From: Lingula anatina
Lineage: Eukaryota; Animalia; Brachiopoda
Length of the DNA stretch: 64,000 nt
NCBI GenBank assembly: GCA_051362555.1
Contig: CM120643.1
Location: 15,846,644 to 15,910,643, forward strand
Direction: 5' to 3'
Both the position numbers and the translations under genes were made by a program. Below are positions 30,169 through 43,105 of this stretch, in pieces. How positions within the stretch are numbered: the stretch's first letter is position 1; each line of letters begins with the position of its first letter. The notes beneath the pieces are model-generated. The model was given only the letters and a program-made list of their open reading frames with translations. It ran no database searches and was not told where the DNA came from.

Positions 30169-31403
30169 TTTTTTTAACAACGTTTATTCAAAAGAAAGAA
30201 ATGGAGGCAAGGCGCTGGAAGCATTATATGCTCTCCACAAAATTAAATAAGTAAATAATTAAAACAAATGGATACAGAGTAAATGTAAAACTTCAAATAT
30301 TATGGAGCACAAATTAAGTACAGAAAGAAAGAAGAAGAAAAGAGATAGTACCTATTAAGTGATGACAAAGTTTTCGAGAAGAAAATTTGCAACAGTTTCG
30401 AAGATAATTTCATTTTGGGTGGGTGATAAAGATCCATGACCGTAGAGAAATAGGGACAGCTTTTCTTTTTGTGTTTTAAAAGAGGTCTTACTTTCATGTA
30501 GAATTTCATTTACTTTTTGGTAAAGGGGAGGGTACCTTAAACTGAGTGAGGGGCATCTGAAAAAGAAGTGCAGAGGAGTTTCAAGGGCACCACAGGTGCA
30601 GTGTGGTGTGTCAATAGTAGTCCAGTTATGCCTAAACAATTCTGCTCTAAATAAACACCCGACCCTCGCTCTGTTAAGAATTTCTTCTTGATTTCTGTCC
30701 AAGTTTAGTGTTGTTGTTGAAAGCGACCCAGCAGTGAGGTGATTTTTTATCGAGTTCTTGAAAGAAGAGATTGAAGGTAAAGATTAAGTGGAGGAGGAGA
30801 GTTGATCCCATGAAGACATTAGAGAATAGTTATCTGAGGTACGGGGGTATTTAGGAGAAAGTTTAAAGTCTCTTTTGTTATTTTCTCGGATTATGATTGG
30901 AAAAGGGTTTCTGAATGGGCGGAATATATCAGAAACATAGGAGGTGACCAAATTCGCCATAACTGAAAACATAATTTTTTGAGCGTGCATTTTTCTTCTA
31001 TCAAATAGAGAAATCCAATTTAGTTGTTCAAATATTTTGGAGGTACAAGAGCTAGGTAAGGCTCCCAGTACTATTATGCCGGCTTGGTATTGAAGAGACG
31101 ATAGTTTCGATAATTTCTTCTGGAGTGAATTATGATAGAAGATGTCACAGTAATCAAATTGTGATTGGATAAAGGCATTATATATAACATTTAAATGTTT
31201 GGACCTAACTTGCGTGTGAATTGACATCTCCCCGACGCGAGGGCATAAAGAGGGAAATATCATCCGCATAGATGAAACAATCGGTAGAGAGTCCGTCAGG
31301 GAGGTCATTTATATATATGAGAAAGAGTAACGGGCCAAGTATACTACCTTGGGGTACACTTGTATTTATGTAACCTCCCTTAGATAAATTAGACGATTTC
31401 CAG
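30169..31403 (-). mobile_element. 5'-truncated, frameshifted non-LTR retrotransposon (CR1/Jockey-group LINE, RT pseudogene) nested in the MULE-like element
   Basis: RT motifs VPQGSILGPLLFLIYINDLP and FIYADD, a downstream IYNAFIQSQFDYCD block and a C-terminal CTCG..ETPLHFFFRCP zinc knuckle. AATAAA plus A-tail at ~30167-30190; candidate TSD accagagtt at 30160-30168 and 31404-31412. Confidence 0.9.
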
Positions 31404-31436
31404 ACCAGAGTTGATTTTAAGTGAATGTGAAAAGTC

Positions 31437-31526
31437 ACTTCAAGCTAAGATCTAATATACCATACCATACCATACCATACCATACCATATACCATAATAT
31501 CCGTTTATTAGATCTTAGCTTCAAGT
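31437..31526. repeat. 21-bp inverted repeat enclosing a (CATAC)n microsatellite
   Basis: acttcaagctaagatctaata (31437-31457) and tattagatcttagcttcaagt (31506-31526) pair with one mismatch. Confidence 0.85.
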
Positions 31527-32569
31527 ACACTGATTTTTGCGTAACCTTTTCAGTTTTGATTATATTTTACTCTGAATTTGGTTAAGACTGGATTATCTTA
31601 TAAACCATGTCTTTATGTCGCTCCTGATTCCCATGCTTTGCAAATGTAAATTTTCATCCACAATTACGCCAGGTATGGTACATTTCGGATTTAGTGCAAA
31701 GAAAACAAGATTAAAATATTTTATTGGCAAAACAAACAGGAATCTTTCGAACATGAAGCATTTTTGACTACTGTTCGATTTGTTGTGCAAACATCAACAC
31801 GACGACATAGGACAAGGTGCGTTTACATGCGCGTGTGCGTTAGTGTACGAATAGCGCTTACAGCATATTTTTGTATTTTTAAAATTGTTACATCCTCTGA
31901 ATTTGGACGGAAATGTTTATGATGGAATTCTATGAAGACAAAGCACTAATGTCAACTTTGATAAAAAGTTGGCAAGTACAATTTGTAAAAAAATCCATTT
32001 TGTCTATTATCACTTATTGCCAAGTCTTTCAAATGTTACGACTTGAACTAATTTAATCATAACTTTTAGTAACAAAAGGAAACTAGTTACTAGTTGCCAT
32101 TTTCTTTTTTTTTCGAAAAAGGACACTGGTTTCTACTAGCCAGAATCGTTTTTAAGTCACTTTTTGTTAAAAATTTGTTTGGAAAAATTCAATAAAATTA
32201 AAATTTATACTCCAAACAACAAAGGGAAAGCCCCCCCTCCCCTCCCCGAAAACACACACATGTTCTAACAATTCTAGAAACTAATCGTTTTTGAAAGACA
32301 ACACTAGTTTTAATTGCCAGAATTTTTTATTTTAATTAAATAAAAGCAAAGTTAGTCAACCATTCAACAAGGAGATACACCCAGGGACCGACCTGTGCGC
32401 TGTAGAGATCTTGTCCTCCCCGCACGGCGAAAAGAGACCATGACACCCTCCTGCCCACCCTGCCCGGCCTCCACGGTAAGGGTTACCTTGGTCGCGATAG
32501 ACGCTTATCTTGGTCTCCCCTGCCTCTATTCACTCTTGTTCCCTTCCGCCTTCTGGTTTCTCAGAATCG

Positions 32570-32600
<31 letters not shown>

Positions 32601-32799
32601 CTAGTTTCTGGTTACCAGGTTCGTTTCTGAAAAACGACACCAGTTTCTGCTTGCCAGAATTGTTTCTGAAGTATGTAACTAGTTTCTGGTTGCCAGGTTC
32701 GTTTTTGAAAAACGAAACTGGAAACTAGACACTATACTAACTCAGCGCCTTCTATCTAGGCATATAAGAAAAAGGGCAATTATTGGTTGTACAGTTTTA

Positions 32800-33010
32800 G
32801 ACCCCATTCCCAGAGATTAGATCGATCTACTTTAGATCGACCTAACTCGGGGTTCACGCTAAATAGCTGTCAGCCGGGCGGACACGAAAGTTAATTACCC
32901 CCTTACAGCTTGTAGTAGGCGGGACGGACATTTAAGCCGGTTTATCTGACAGTAATCTAGTGAGACTCCCCGCGGGGCTAGATCGATCTAAAAGCTCTGG
33001 GAATACAGCC
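32800..33010. mobile_element. PIF/Harbinger-like MITE, copy 1
   Basis: Highly similar by eye to 54792-55005; imperfect TIRs gaccccattcccagag...ctctgggaatacagcc; TTA/TAA flanks. Confidence 0.8.
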
Positions 33011-34045
33011 TAACACTCAGCATTCGATACACTGACTGACACTGAAAATCGGCATGCACACAGATCATAACAAGTCCCTGTAAACTGGTTACTGGTCTTT
33101 TTTTTTACACTGTTTTTTACAATGTTTTAAAAATGATCATACTGAATTTTTAGACTATTCAATATTGCCACTCCACGACCTCAGGTCACTTCCTGGTCTC
33201 CCGTGACTTAAGTATTAACAATAGGTGATTGTGTGTGATTACCACGTTTATTATCCACTATTTGGTTGCTCTTATTATTTGATAACGTATAACATATAAC
33301 TACATATATCTTGATCGTGTTAGGCCGTTTGCAGCATAGAATAAAAAAACTAATTGGCTGGAATTCATGAAAATAATTCTTGATAATAATCCATGTCTCG
33401 AGGATACTAACAGGTTATTCGTTTTGGTGGAGAAATCCAATTTTAAACGTCACACAGTCACTACAACAGAGATAAAATGCAGTGAAGGTATGAAAACGCT
33501 CTTTAATGACCCATTCTTAAGACGGTCACCTTGTAGTCTTGTATTGTTTTTATTCAATGCCAGTAGCTCATTGACGAGCCCTCACATATAGAAATAACTG
33601 ACTTGGATAAAAATCCGTCTATGAAATCGCAGTGCTGGCATTCATGAACCAATTTTACTGGAGGTATAACCTTTTATTTCGCAATGGAAACAAACCATGA
33701 TGCTCCTAAATCAAGCAACACTTTAAAGTTTTCTAAACTTAGTATCAGGGCTCATAACTGAAATGTCAGTGTACTGAACGGTTTCTCTTATTTTTGATGA
33801 AAATGTTATTGGAGTTGGGAATCTATATTAAGAAAACTCACCACACAATGGGCTTAAACCATGAGAATGATTTTACTGATTATAATAATAATTTATTCAT
33901 CTAATATTTAAATAAAATATACACCAGACATTTTTTAATTTAGTGACACATAAAATCAACAAATGACGTAATATCCTTAATCTCCATATGGACTGATACA
34001 CTGAAAAAAAAACCAATTAAAATAAGTTTTTTATTTGTTAATAGG

Positions 34046-34239
34046 CTACGATGTAGCTTGCAGTGTTATATGTGTAATCTCCATACTTGTGAAAACTCTC
34101 ATAGGTATCCCCCAGTAAAAGGTCCCTGGGGACACATAAACATGGGCGTGGTCACTGACACGGTAAAGGCCCACATAATACGGGTTCACTAAATATGCTG
34201 CTATTATCATAGGGAATAATTGACCCCCATGTGTGTGAC
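34046..34239 (-). CDS. TMPPE: TMPPE exon 5 ([10 protein letters not shown]...YWGIPMR...stop)
   Basis: ttccag acceptor, TAG stop, AATAAA shortly downstream. Confidence 0.93.
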
Positions 34240-36389
34240 CTGGAAAAAATAAAAGAGATATCATTAATTTCTTTTACGAACAAAAAAAGTTGAGTAATTA
34301 AAACCTGTATCAGTTCATCTGAAATTGCAAATTCAAAACATTTGTACTTCACTGAGTAGTAGAAATTAGTAGTGCATCAAAACTAGAGATCATGAATGGA
34401 GACTTGGATACAAGTTTTTACTAAGGGTACATGAATTTCAGTCAGAACCAACAGGATTTATAAATTATTACAAACATTTTTGATAACAATTTTGATTATA
34501 GGGCTGTCTTGTAGCAATGAGGTTAAGCTGACAAGGAGCATAAAATAATCCTAAATTTAAACCATGGAAAAATTTAAACATATTTACAAAAAAAAAAAAA
34601 AAAAAAAGCATGACTTCTACAAAACTAATCCAATGAAGCTAATTGTAGAAGTCGAGCTCTATATTAGTCCTATGAATTATACCTGCAAGTTTCAAAATAA
34701 TATGTGATACGGTTTTTTTCTTTTAAGCCAATCAGTTTAATAGACTTAAAGCCAACCAATGAGTCTGAATTATGGTCATATGACAAACTCAGGTCCCAAA
34801 TTGTAAACAAAATAGCACAGCAGGCTCCAGTGCAGGTTTAGAGGGGGATGCGGAATTTGTAACTACACATCTATCTTAACATGCATGTACATTGTACAGG
34901 AAAGTTGTAAAAAGGAATTAAGTAAATACAAAATACACATAGGAGTGGAACACAGCCTGAGACCTAGACTGCGCTTTTTATTTCACCTGAGACAACCAAG
35001 CTTCATTATTATCTCCTGGGAAAAACGAAATTTCATTTTATCTCACCTGAGAGAACCAGATTTACATTGTATTTGCTTTGTAGGGCACGCTTCGCACATG
35101 ATGGTTTGTGAGCCAGCAATATGATTGGTTGATCTGGATCACATGACCCTAAAGCTTTGTCCAGGTGTTCACCATGGCCATCATATCTGAAAAATAACTT
35201 ACAATGATATATAAAACAAAAGATGGATATTCAATTTTATCATTTAATAAAAAAATGGTGTAGTTGACTGGCTGTTTCAATCTAAAGATATGACATCATG
35301 GGATATGGCACACTGCAGATCAATATTTACGACTCATGGGATATGGCTCACCAAAGGTCACTTTACCTGTATCGCATAAATATAAATGAGATAACCAGTA
35401 ATATTATTGATTCTAATAACCCATTTATAATCATTTAAAAAAAGGCAGAAAAGCTGACATATGGACATACATTGTACTGATAAATGCATGATAAAAGTGA
35501 TGGACACATTGCCACAAAGGCCATCTAAAAATGCTAAAGAAGGAATTTAACAATGACAGTGCACCCAATGGTTTGTGTTAATGCTGGTGCAATGTTAGGG
35601 AAAGCAGTGTGATCACCAGCATGATTACCAATAAATAAAGTATAAATTTGTACTTCTGTCATTCTGGATATTCAGAAAAAGTAACTATCACAGGGCTACA
35701 GCCCTGATCAAAGTCACTCCTTGAAAATACCAATATGAATAAAAAAAAAAAAAAAATGCATAACTTTAAGAAAAATACTCCAATATAGCTTCCACAGAAT
35801 CATGACCTGTATTTTGGTGCTATGAAGGACTCAGGAAAGTTCAAGGGTAATATGTCAGATGGTTATCCATTTATTACATTAATAGTGAAAAGTGCACAGC
35901 AACAAGACAATGGCGTTGCCACCGATGACAATGACAGACACAGGTGAAGGTTATATGTCCAGACACATAGTGTTTGTCCATAAAACAGCCACTTTTCGAG
36001 TCCAGTTCCATCATTTACCCAAAGGAATCTGCAGTGTTATCATCAACACCTGCCAGACAAATTGTGTCTTCTGGTTGCTTATGGTTTTGAAGAATTGCTT
36101 TTTCATTGTGGAGAACTTGCACATTTAGAGACCGTAACTTGTCAAACCAGGCATCCACATCTCCAGTGTAATACTCATGATTGCCTGGAATGGAACAGGA
36201 GAAATTAAATAATTATGTCTAAAGAATTCAATTTTATCAAGGTTTTTGGTGAATCAGCACAGTAATTTTAATATGTAAGAGCCTCTTTTTTTTTGCAAAA
36301 GACTGATAAAGCAAAGTGGCTAGCACGAGTTATATGCTTGTTTTAAGCACTTGTACGTATGGTTTCTCTGTCACTGAAATTTTGATTAT

Positions 36390-36438
<49 letters not shown>

Positions 36439-38589
36439 GCCACCCTTGTTATGTATCTTTGAGCGCATTCTCAACGAATTAAGCCAGGCTTTACAAAGCC
36501 GGTGACCTAAAAATGGCGGACGTACATGAAAGAAAAACCGCCTAATCTTTTAATAGTCTCTCCGTCTCTCACACGCCTCCCTGCGGGGTACAGTAATTAA
36601 ATCTCGGCTCCGAACATTAATATTTCCGTGAATATCTCTGGTGATATTATCTCCGTAGATAGTCGAATCATTGCTGCTCTATGGGCCAAATTATTCCTTT
36701 TTCGTCTCTGTTTTCAAAGATAATAGAAGAGAAGAGCTTTTTTCCTTCGATCGCCTTCAGCCGCCATGCTTTCTTCACCACGAGTTTAACTGATGAGCAT
36801 GCGCACTTAATATTTCTCAGGTAGCTTCCGCATGGCGAACGGAGCCGAGATTTAATTACTGTACCCCGCAGGGACAACGTGTGGGGAGGCGGAGAGACTA
36901 TTAAAAGATTAGGCGGTTTTTCTTTCATGTACGTCCGCCATTTTTAGGTCACCGGCTTTGTAAAGCCTGGCTTAATTCGTTGAGAATGCGCTCTTTAATA
37001 AATAGTACAAATTGTTATTTAAGCAGAACTTTTTTTTTCAGACATTCAAGGAAGACATCCCTGGACTCTCCACTTTATATGTTCCTATATATTTTTTTGT
37101 GTAAACTAAACGATGATATAAAATTACCTTTGTGTAATGTTGAGTTTTACTAACAATTTATTTTTGACTTACATTTGTTATATGTTAACTTACATCATCA
37201 AAAAGACAAGCAATGATGACATGGTGTCAACAACAGTTGTTGGCATTTTATTATACATAAGTGTACAATCCAGGGAATTGATATATATTAAAGTTTAAAC
37301 TATCGTACAAAGCTCCTTCTTTGATCGACTGAACCACCACTTTTGACCCTCACAATACACATGCACATCTGAAAAGTCACGTGCAACGGACAGTGCAAGG
37401 ACATATGGCGTGGAAAGATAAAGACTGAATTTGATTCTAAACAGTCACTTAATTCCATAAAAGTTTGCCTTACTCAATTACCATACCTGTAATAAAATAA
37501 ACACCATATGGGGCCTGTAATTGTTTCAATGGCTCTGCTGCTTCTCCAAGCTTCTTAACGACTGAATCCACCAAGTCTCCAGTGATTACAATGACATCTA
37601 AAAAGAGATATCAGATCTAAGAAAAACTGTGTATTAGTACATCAATGTGTCAAATATAAAAGATAAAAAATACAGAAATAAAGGTTGACCCAATATTTGT
37701 GCTTGTGTCAGATTTCATTTGTGCTTTAAGAAGATTCAATACAATGTAAAAAGGCCTACATTTGGAAAAAAAATCTTTTTCTCCCATTTGTTTTAAATAA
37801 AATATGTATCTAAATTTTAGTGTGATAAAGATAAAGCCTTAGAGTTAAAAAAAAAAAAAAAAAAAAAAAAAACTCCCTGTAAGCTGGTGTATTACCAGGT
37901 TTAGTTGCCATTGCTCTGTCCACTACGTCCTGCAGGCGGCTCCTGCCCACTGTGGGCCCAAGGTGAATATCTGACAACTGTATTATAGTAAGTCCATCAA
38001 AACTCCTGGGGAGCTTGGCCATTGGGATGGTCACCTTTTTAAGGGGCGGTGGAGATAAGCCAACTGTCAAACCACGCGCTGATAACATCAGAGCTATCAA
38101 TATAGCCACAACGGTTCTTGTTTGTTGAGCTTTAAGGGATGTCTGATTCTGCTGATACTGGCGACCTCTCCTTAGCACTCTTAGTCCGATCTCGATTAAA
38201 TCACACACGAGAAGACAGCATACAAGTTGGATAAGTGTACCTAAACATATATAGCAAACCATGGCGATCCACTGAGGATCAGTGGTGATGAAAAATAGGT
38301 TTGTGGCGTAAGTCACCTGTGCACACAGGAGGAAACATATAACAACGCTCTTCCATAGCGTCCACAGCAACCGACTGGGACAGGCAAGCACGGTGTGATT
38401 TTCGGCAAGTAAACGTCTGTAAAGGTACCAGCAGGCCAGGGAAATTAATCCAGACATAAATGTCGTTATTTGAGCTCTCAAAATCTTCGCTCTGAGTTCT
38501 TTTCGCAGCGAAGTGACGTAAAATTGCAGTAATATCAAGGATAATACTAAGCACACCGAAGCGACTGCTATTTTCCTGGACGCCGCCAT
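34046..38589 (-). CDS. TMPPE: Transmembrane protein with metallophosphoesterase domain, whole gene span (5 coding exons, 434 aa)
   Basis: join(38589-37896,37597-37487,36184-36019,35186-35047,34239-34046) = 1305 nt, open frame. N-terminal TM helices plus calcineurin-like motifs LSDIHLG, ITGDLVD, TGNHEYY, LLAH and SGHTHGGQ. Confidence 0.93.
35047..35186 (-). CDS. TMPPE: TMPPE exon 4 ([10 protein letters not shown]...LLAHKP...LVLS)
   Basis: tttcag acceptor, CAG|GTGAGA donor, 140 nt. Confidence 0.93.
36019..36184 (-). CDS. TMPPE: TMPPE exon 3 (GNHEYYTGD...LAGVDD)
   Basis: ttccag acceptor, GG|GTAAAT donor, 166 nt. Confidence 0.93.
36461..36993. mobile_element. 533-bp foldback MITE with ~150-bp near-perfect TIRs in TMPPE intron 2
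   Basis: gagcgcattctcaacgaattaagccagg...ctcggctccg (36461-36612) is the inverted copy of 36840-36993; ttt flanks both sides. Confidence 0.92.
37487..37597 (-). CDS. TMPPE: TMPPE exon 2 ([11 protein letters not shown]...VYFIT)
   Basis: ttttag acceptor, ACAG|GTATGG donor, 111 nt. Confidence 0.93.
37896..38589 (-). CDS. TMPPE: TMPPE exon 1 (TM region, [12 protein letters not shown])
   Basis: aacATGGCG start; donor CCTG|GTAATA, phase 1. Confidence 0.92.
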
Positions 38590-40871
<2,282 letters not shown>

Positions 40872-43004
40872 GATGCCCAGTATACGCCGGGAGTAGCTTA
40901 CATTTCCCAGAACTTACTTAAAGCTGCCTGACCTTATTGATTATCGCTTAATCTGATTGAAACTTATTTGGATTTGCCAAACTTTATAAGTATGTTTGTT
41001 TTAATGAACTTTTCTAAGAATTTTTTGCCCTTTTTTAACTTGGTGAAATTTGTGACATAAATCGGTTTCATGATTACAGGCAAGGGAATAAGAATGTTAG
41101 AAGAGACCTCTTTAATAACAAATTCTGCTCATAGAGCAACTTTGAAGGAAAATCAATGCCATTTTTTACAAAAATACGAGCAGGGGCGGTATAAGTGGAA
41201 ATCTTAAGATGCAGTCACAATATATGATATATCGTGCATTTACGCTTTATTTTTCAGTCATATGCGTTTTCAAATGTTTGTTTGCCAAAAATATAAATAC
41301 CTAACGTGTACATGTATGATAACCTGCCGCAGGAAACTGCCAAAGGAAGGAAACGCCGTTCTCCTTCATGACGCTTCTCGTCTTGTAGTTTTCACAGATT
41401 AACATTGTAGTATTACACCTTGAAACATCGTTTGCGCATGTATAGATACTTAAAAATTGGCATATGTGTCATTTCTCCGCCCTGACTTTCATCCCATCGT
41501 TGCCACAAAAATGTATTTCCAGACGAACTGTTTTCAATTCTGTACATTTTTCGGTTCATGTTTTCATTTTTCCCAACTAGTTTCATTTCGCTTTATACCC
41601 TGTTATTTGTAAATCCTGAATAAAACGTGTTGATTGCGTATAAACTTTGAGTAAAATAGATAATTGATGGTGACAATGTAATGATCACAATTAGCTCTTG
41701 CCGACTTGAATAAAAACCCTCACCACAACTTGTACAAAACGACGACGATGTGAAAAGAATATGTGCTCTATAATGCCTGTCCCATTTCCTAGAATTGAGT
41801 GTCTTACGAACATACATCTCGAAAATGCGGATTAAAAATATGGCTGGATTTTATTCTGGTCTGCGACATAGTGTAAGGTTCGATTTTGTATTCACCGATC
41901 GAGAAAAAGTGAGCAACAAGGGTCGTGGATTTCCAAACAGCTTTATTCCCACCTTAGGGGGCGCCATTGCATCCCCCACAGTTTATATCTTTTATGTGTG
42001 TGTTTGTTTGTTTGTTTACCCATTGATCGAATCACTGATCAAGGTAAAGAAAACGCCTTTTTAAGTTTCCCAGATTTTTACTGTGTAAGGAAAGGAGGTC
42101 AGTTGATAGTAGAAAATGCCGTTTATCCCAGGAAAACTTGTTAAGTATGAGTTATTGATGGGAAAATCTTATTCTGTACATCTTTAAATATATAATTTAC
42201 CACGCCATAACACAAGCGCAAGATATTGTATACCTGATATGCCAAACATTTTTATTCAAACCATCATTGCTTTAGTCTGCACCATTGATTTTAAGTTGAA
42301 CAAGGTCTGTCGATGATATAAACAGGACGGAATTTTTTTTAAAATGTCATTCTCAATTAAATTCGATCATTTGTAATATCTATATGTAATATGGGACGAT
42401 ACAGTACGACACTGTTAAATTCTGCTTTCTTAAGTCCCTATATAACAACAGAAAGATGGAAATGTGTTAGACGTAGGAAGCCGTCGGCCGCTGTAAATTA
42501 AAAGTCATTCTAAATGCATTTCAGTGTTGCGAAAGCGTTTAGGTGCGCGCGCATTGCATTTTTGCTGCTCTTCATCTACTAATCAGTATGATTTGTTATT
42601 TTATATAATTGTAGAATTAAATACTGGCTTTGACAAATGCTAAAAACAACTGGCGTTTGTCCTGTCTCGACATGGTGTCCGTCAAAGAATTGATGGAAAA
42701 TAGCCAAAGCCCTACATGTAGGCCGTTGCATTGGCCGCTGTGAATTGTCGCCCATATATTTTTTATCAATTTATTTCACAAAGTAATATATTCTAGGGAT
42801 TTTAATACACGCCTATTTGCACTTTCGTTCTTAATTTACTGATCCGAATGGAAGATCCTTCTGTAGAGGGAGGGGGGGTGGGTGGAGGTTGTGACACGCG
42901 GAATGAAACGAAAACGTTTCTTTGTTTCCCTCTAGCCCTAGCACACATGCGCAGACCTTTGGTGATTGTGCTCATTTGTCGCACCTGTCACAACAAGAAA
43001 CAAC

Positions 43005-43105
43005 ATGGCTACCAAGCCGCGGCTCCGGAGGGCAAAAAGTTATAATAAAGCTGAAGAAGCTGTGGAGGAAGAAAGAAAATTGCGATCCGTCCGGCCTGAT
43101 AAACC
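43005..43105 (+). CDS. DGAT1: DGAT1 exon 1a ([34 protein letters not shown])
   Basis: aacATGG start; donor CC|GTAAGT, phase 2. Resembles the RR.KS...AEE...PDKP segment preceding H...DSLFS in invertebrate DGAT1s. Confidence 0.88.

Larger units (their letters stand above)
29126..32749. mobile_element. Non-autonomous Mutator/Foldback-like DNA transposon with long internally repetitive TIRs
   Basis: Left TIR 29126-~29392 (ggcgctgaagttagt...gtgtctagtttcctgtttcgtttttcaaaaacgagcctggcaaccagaaacta) is the inverted copy of ~32425-32749. The 9-mer ttctatcta flanks both ends (29098-29106 and 32750-32758), although the left copy is separated from the TIR by tct plus poly-G. A 9-bp TSD with long TIRs is typical of MULEs. 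Confidence 0.8.

Noticed and set aside
34987-35046. Second donor-like site (tctcag|gtgaaa) 60 nt past the TMPPE exon 4 donor
   Set aside because: The extension contains an in-frame TGA, and the alternative 31-nt intron would be too short.
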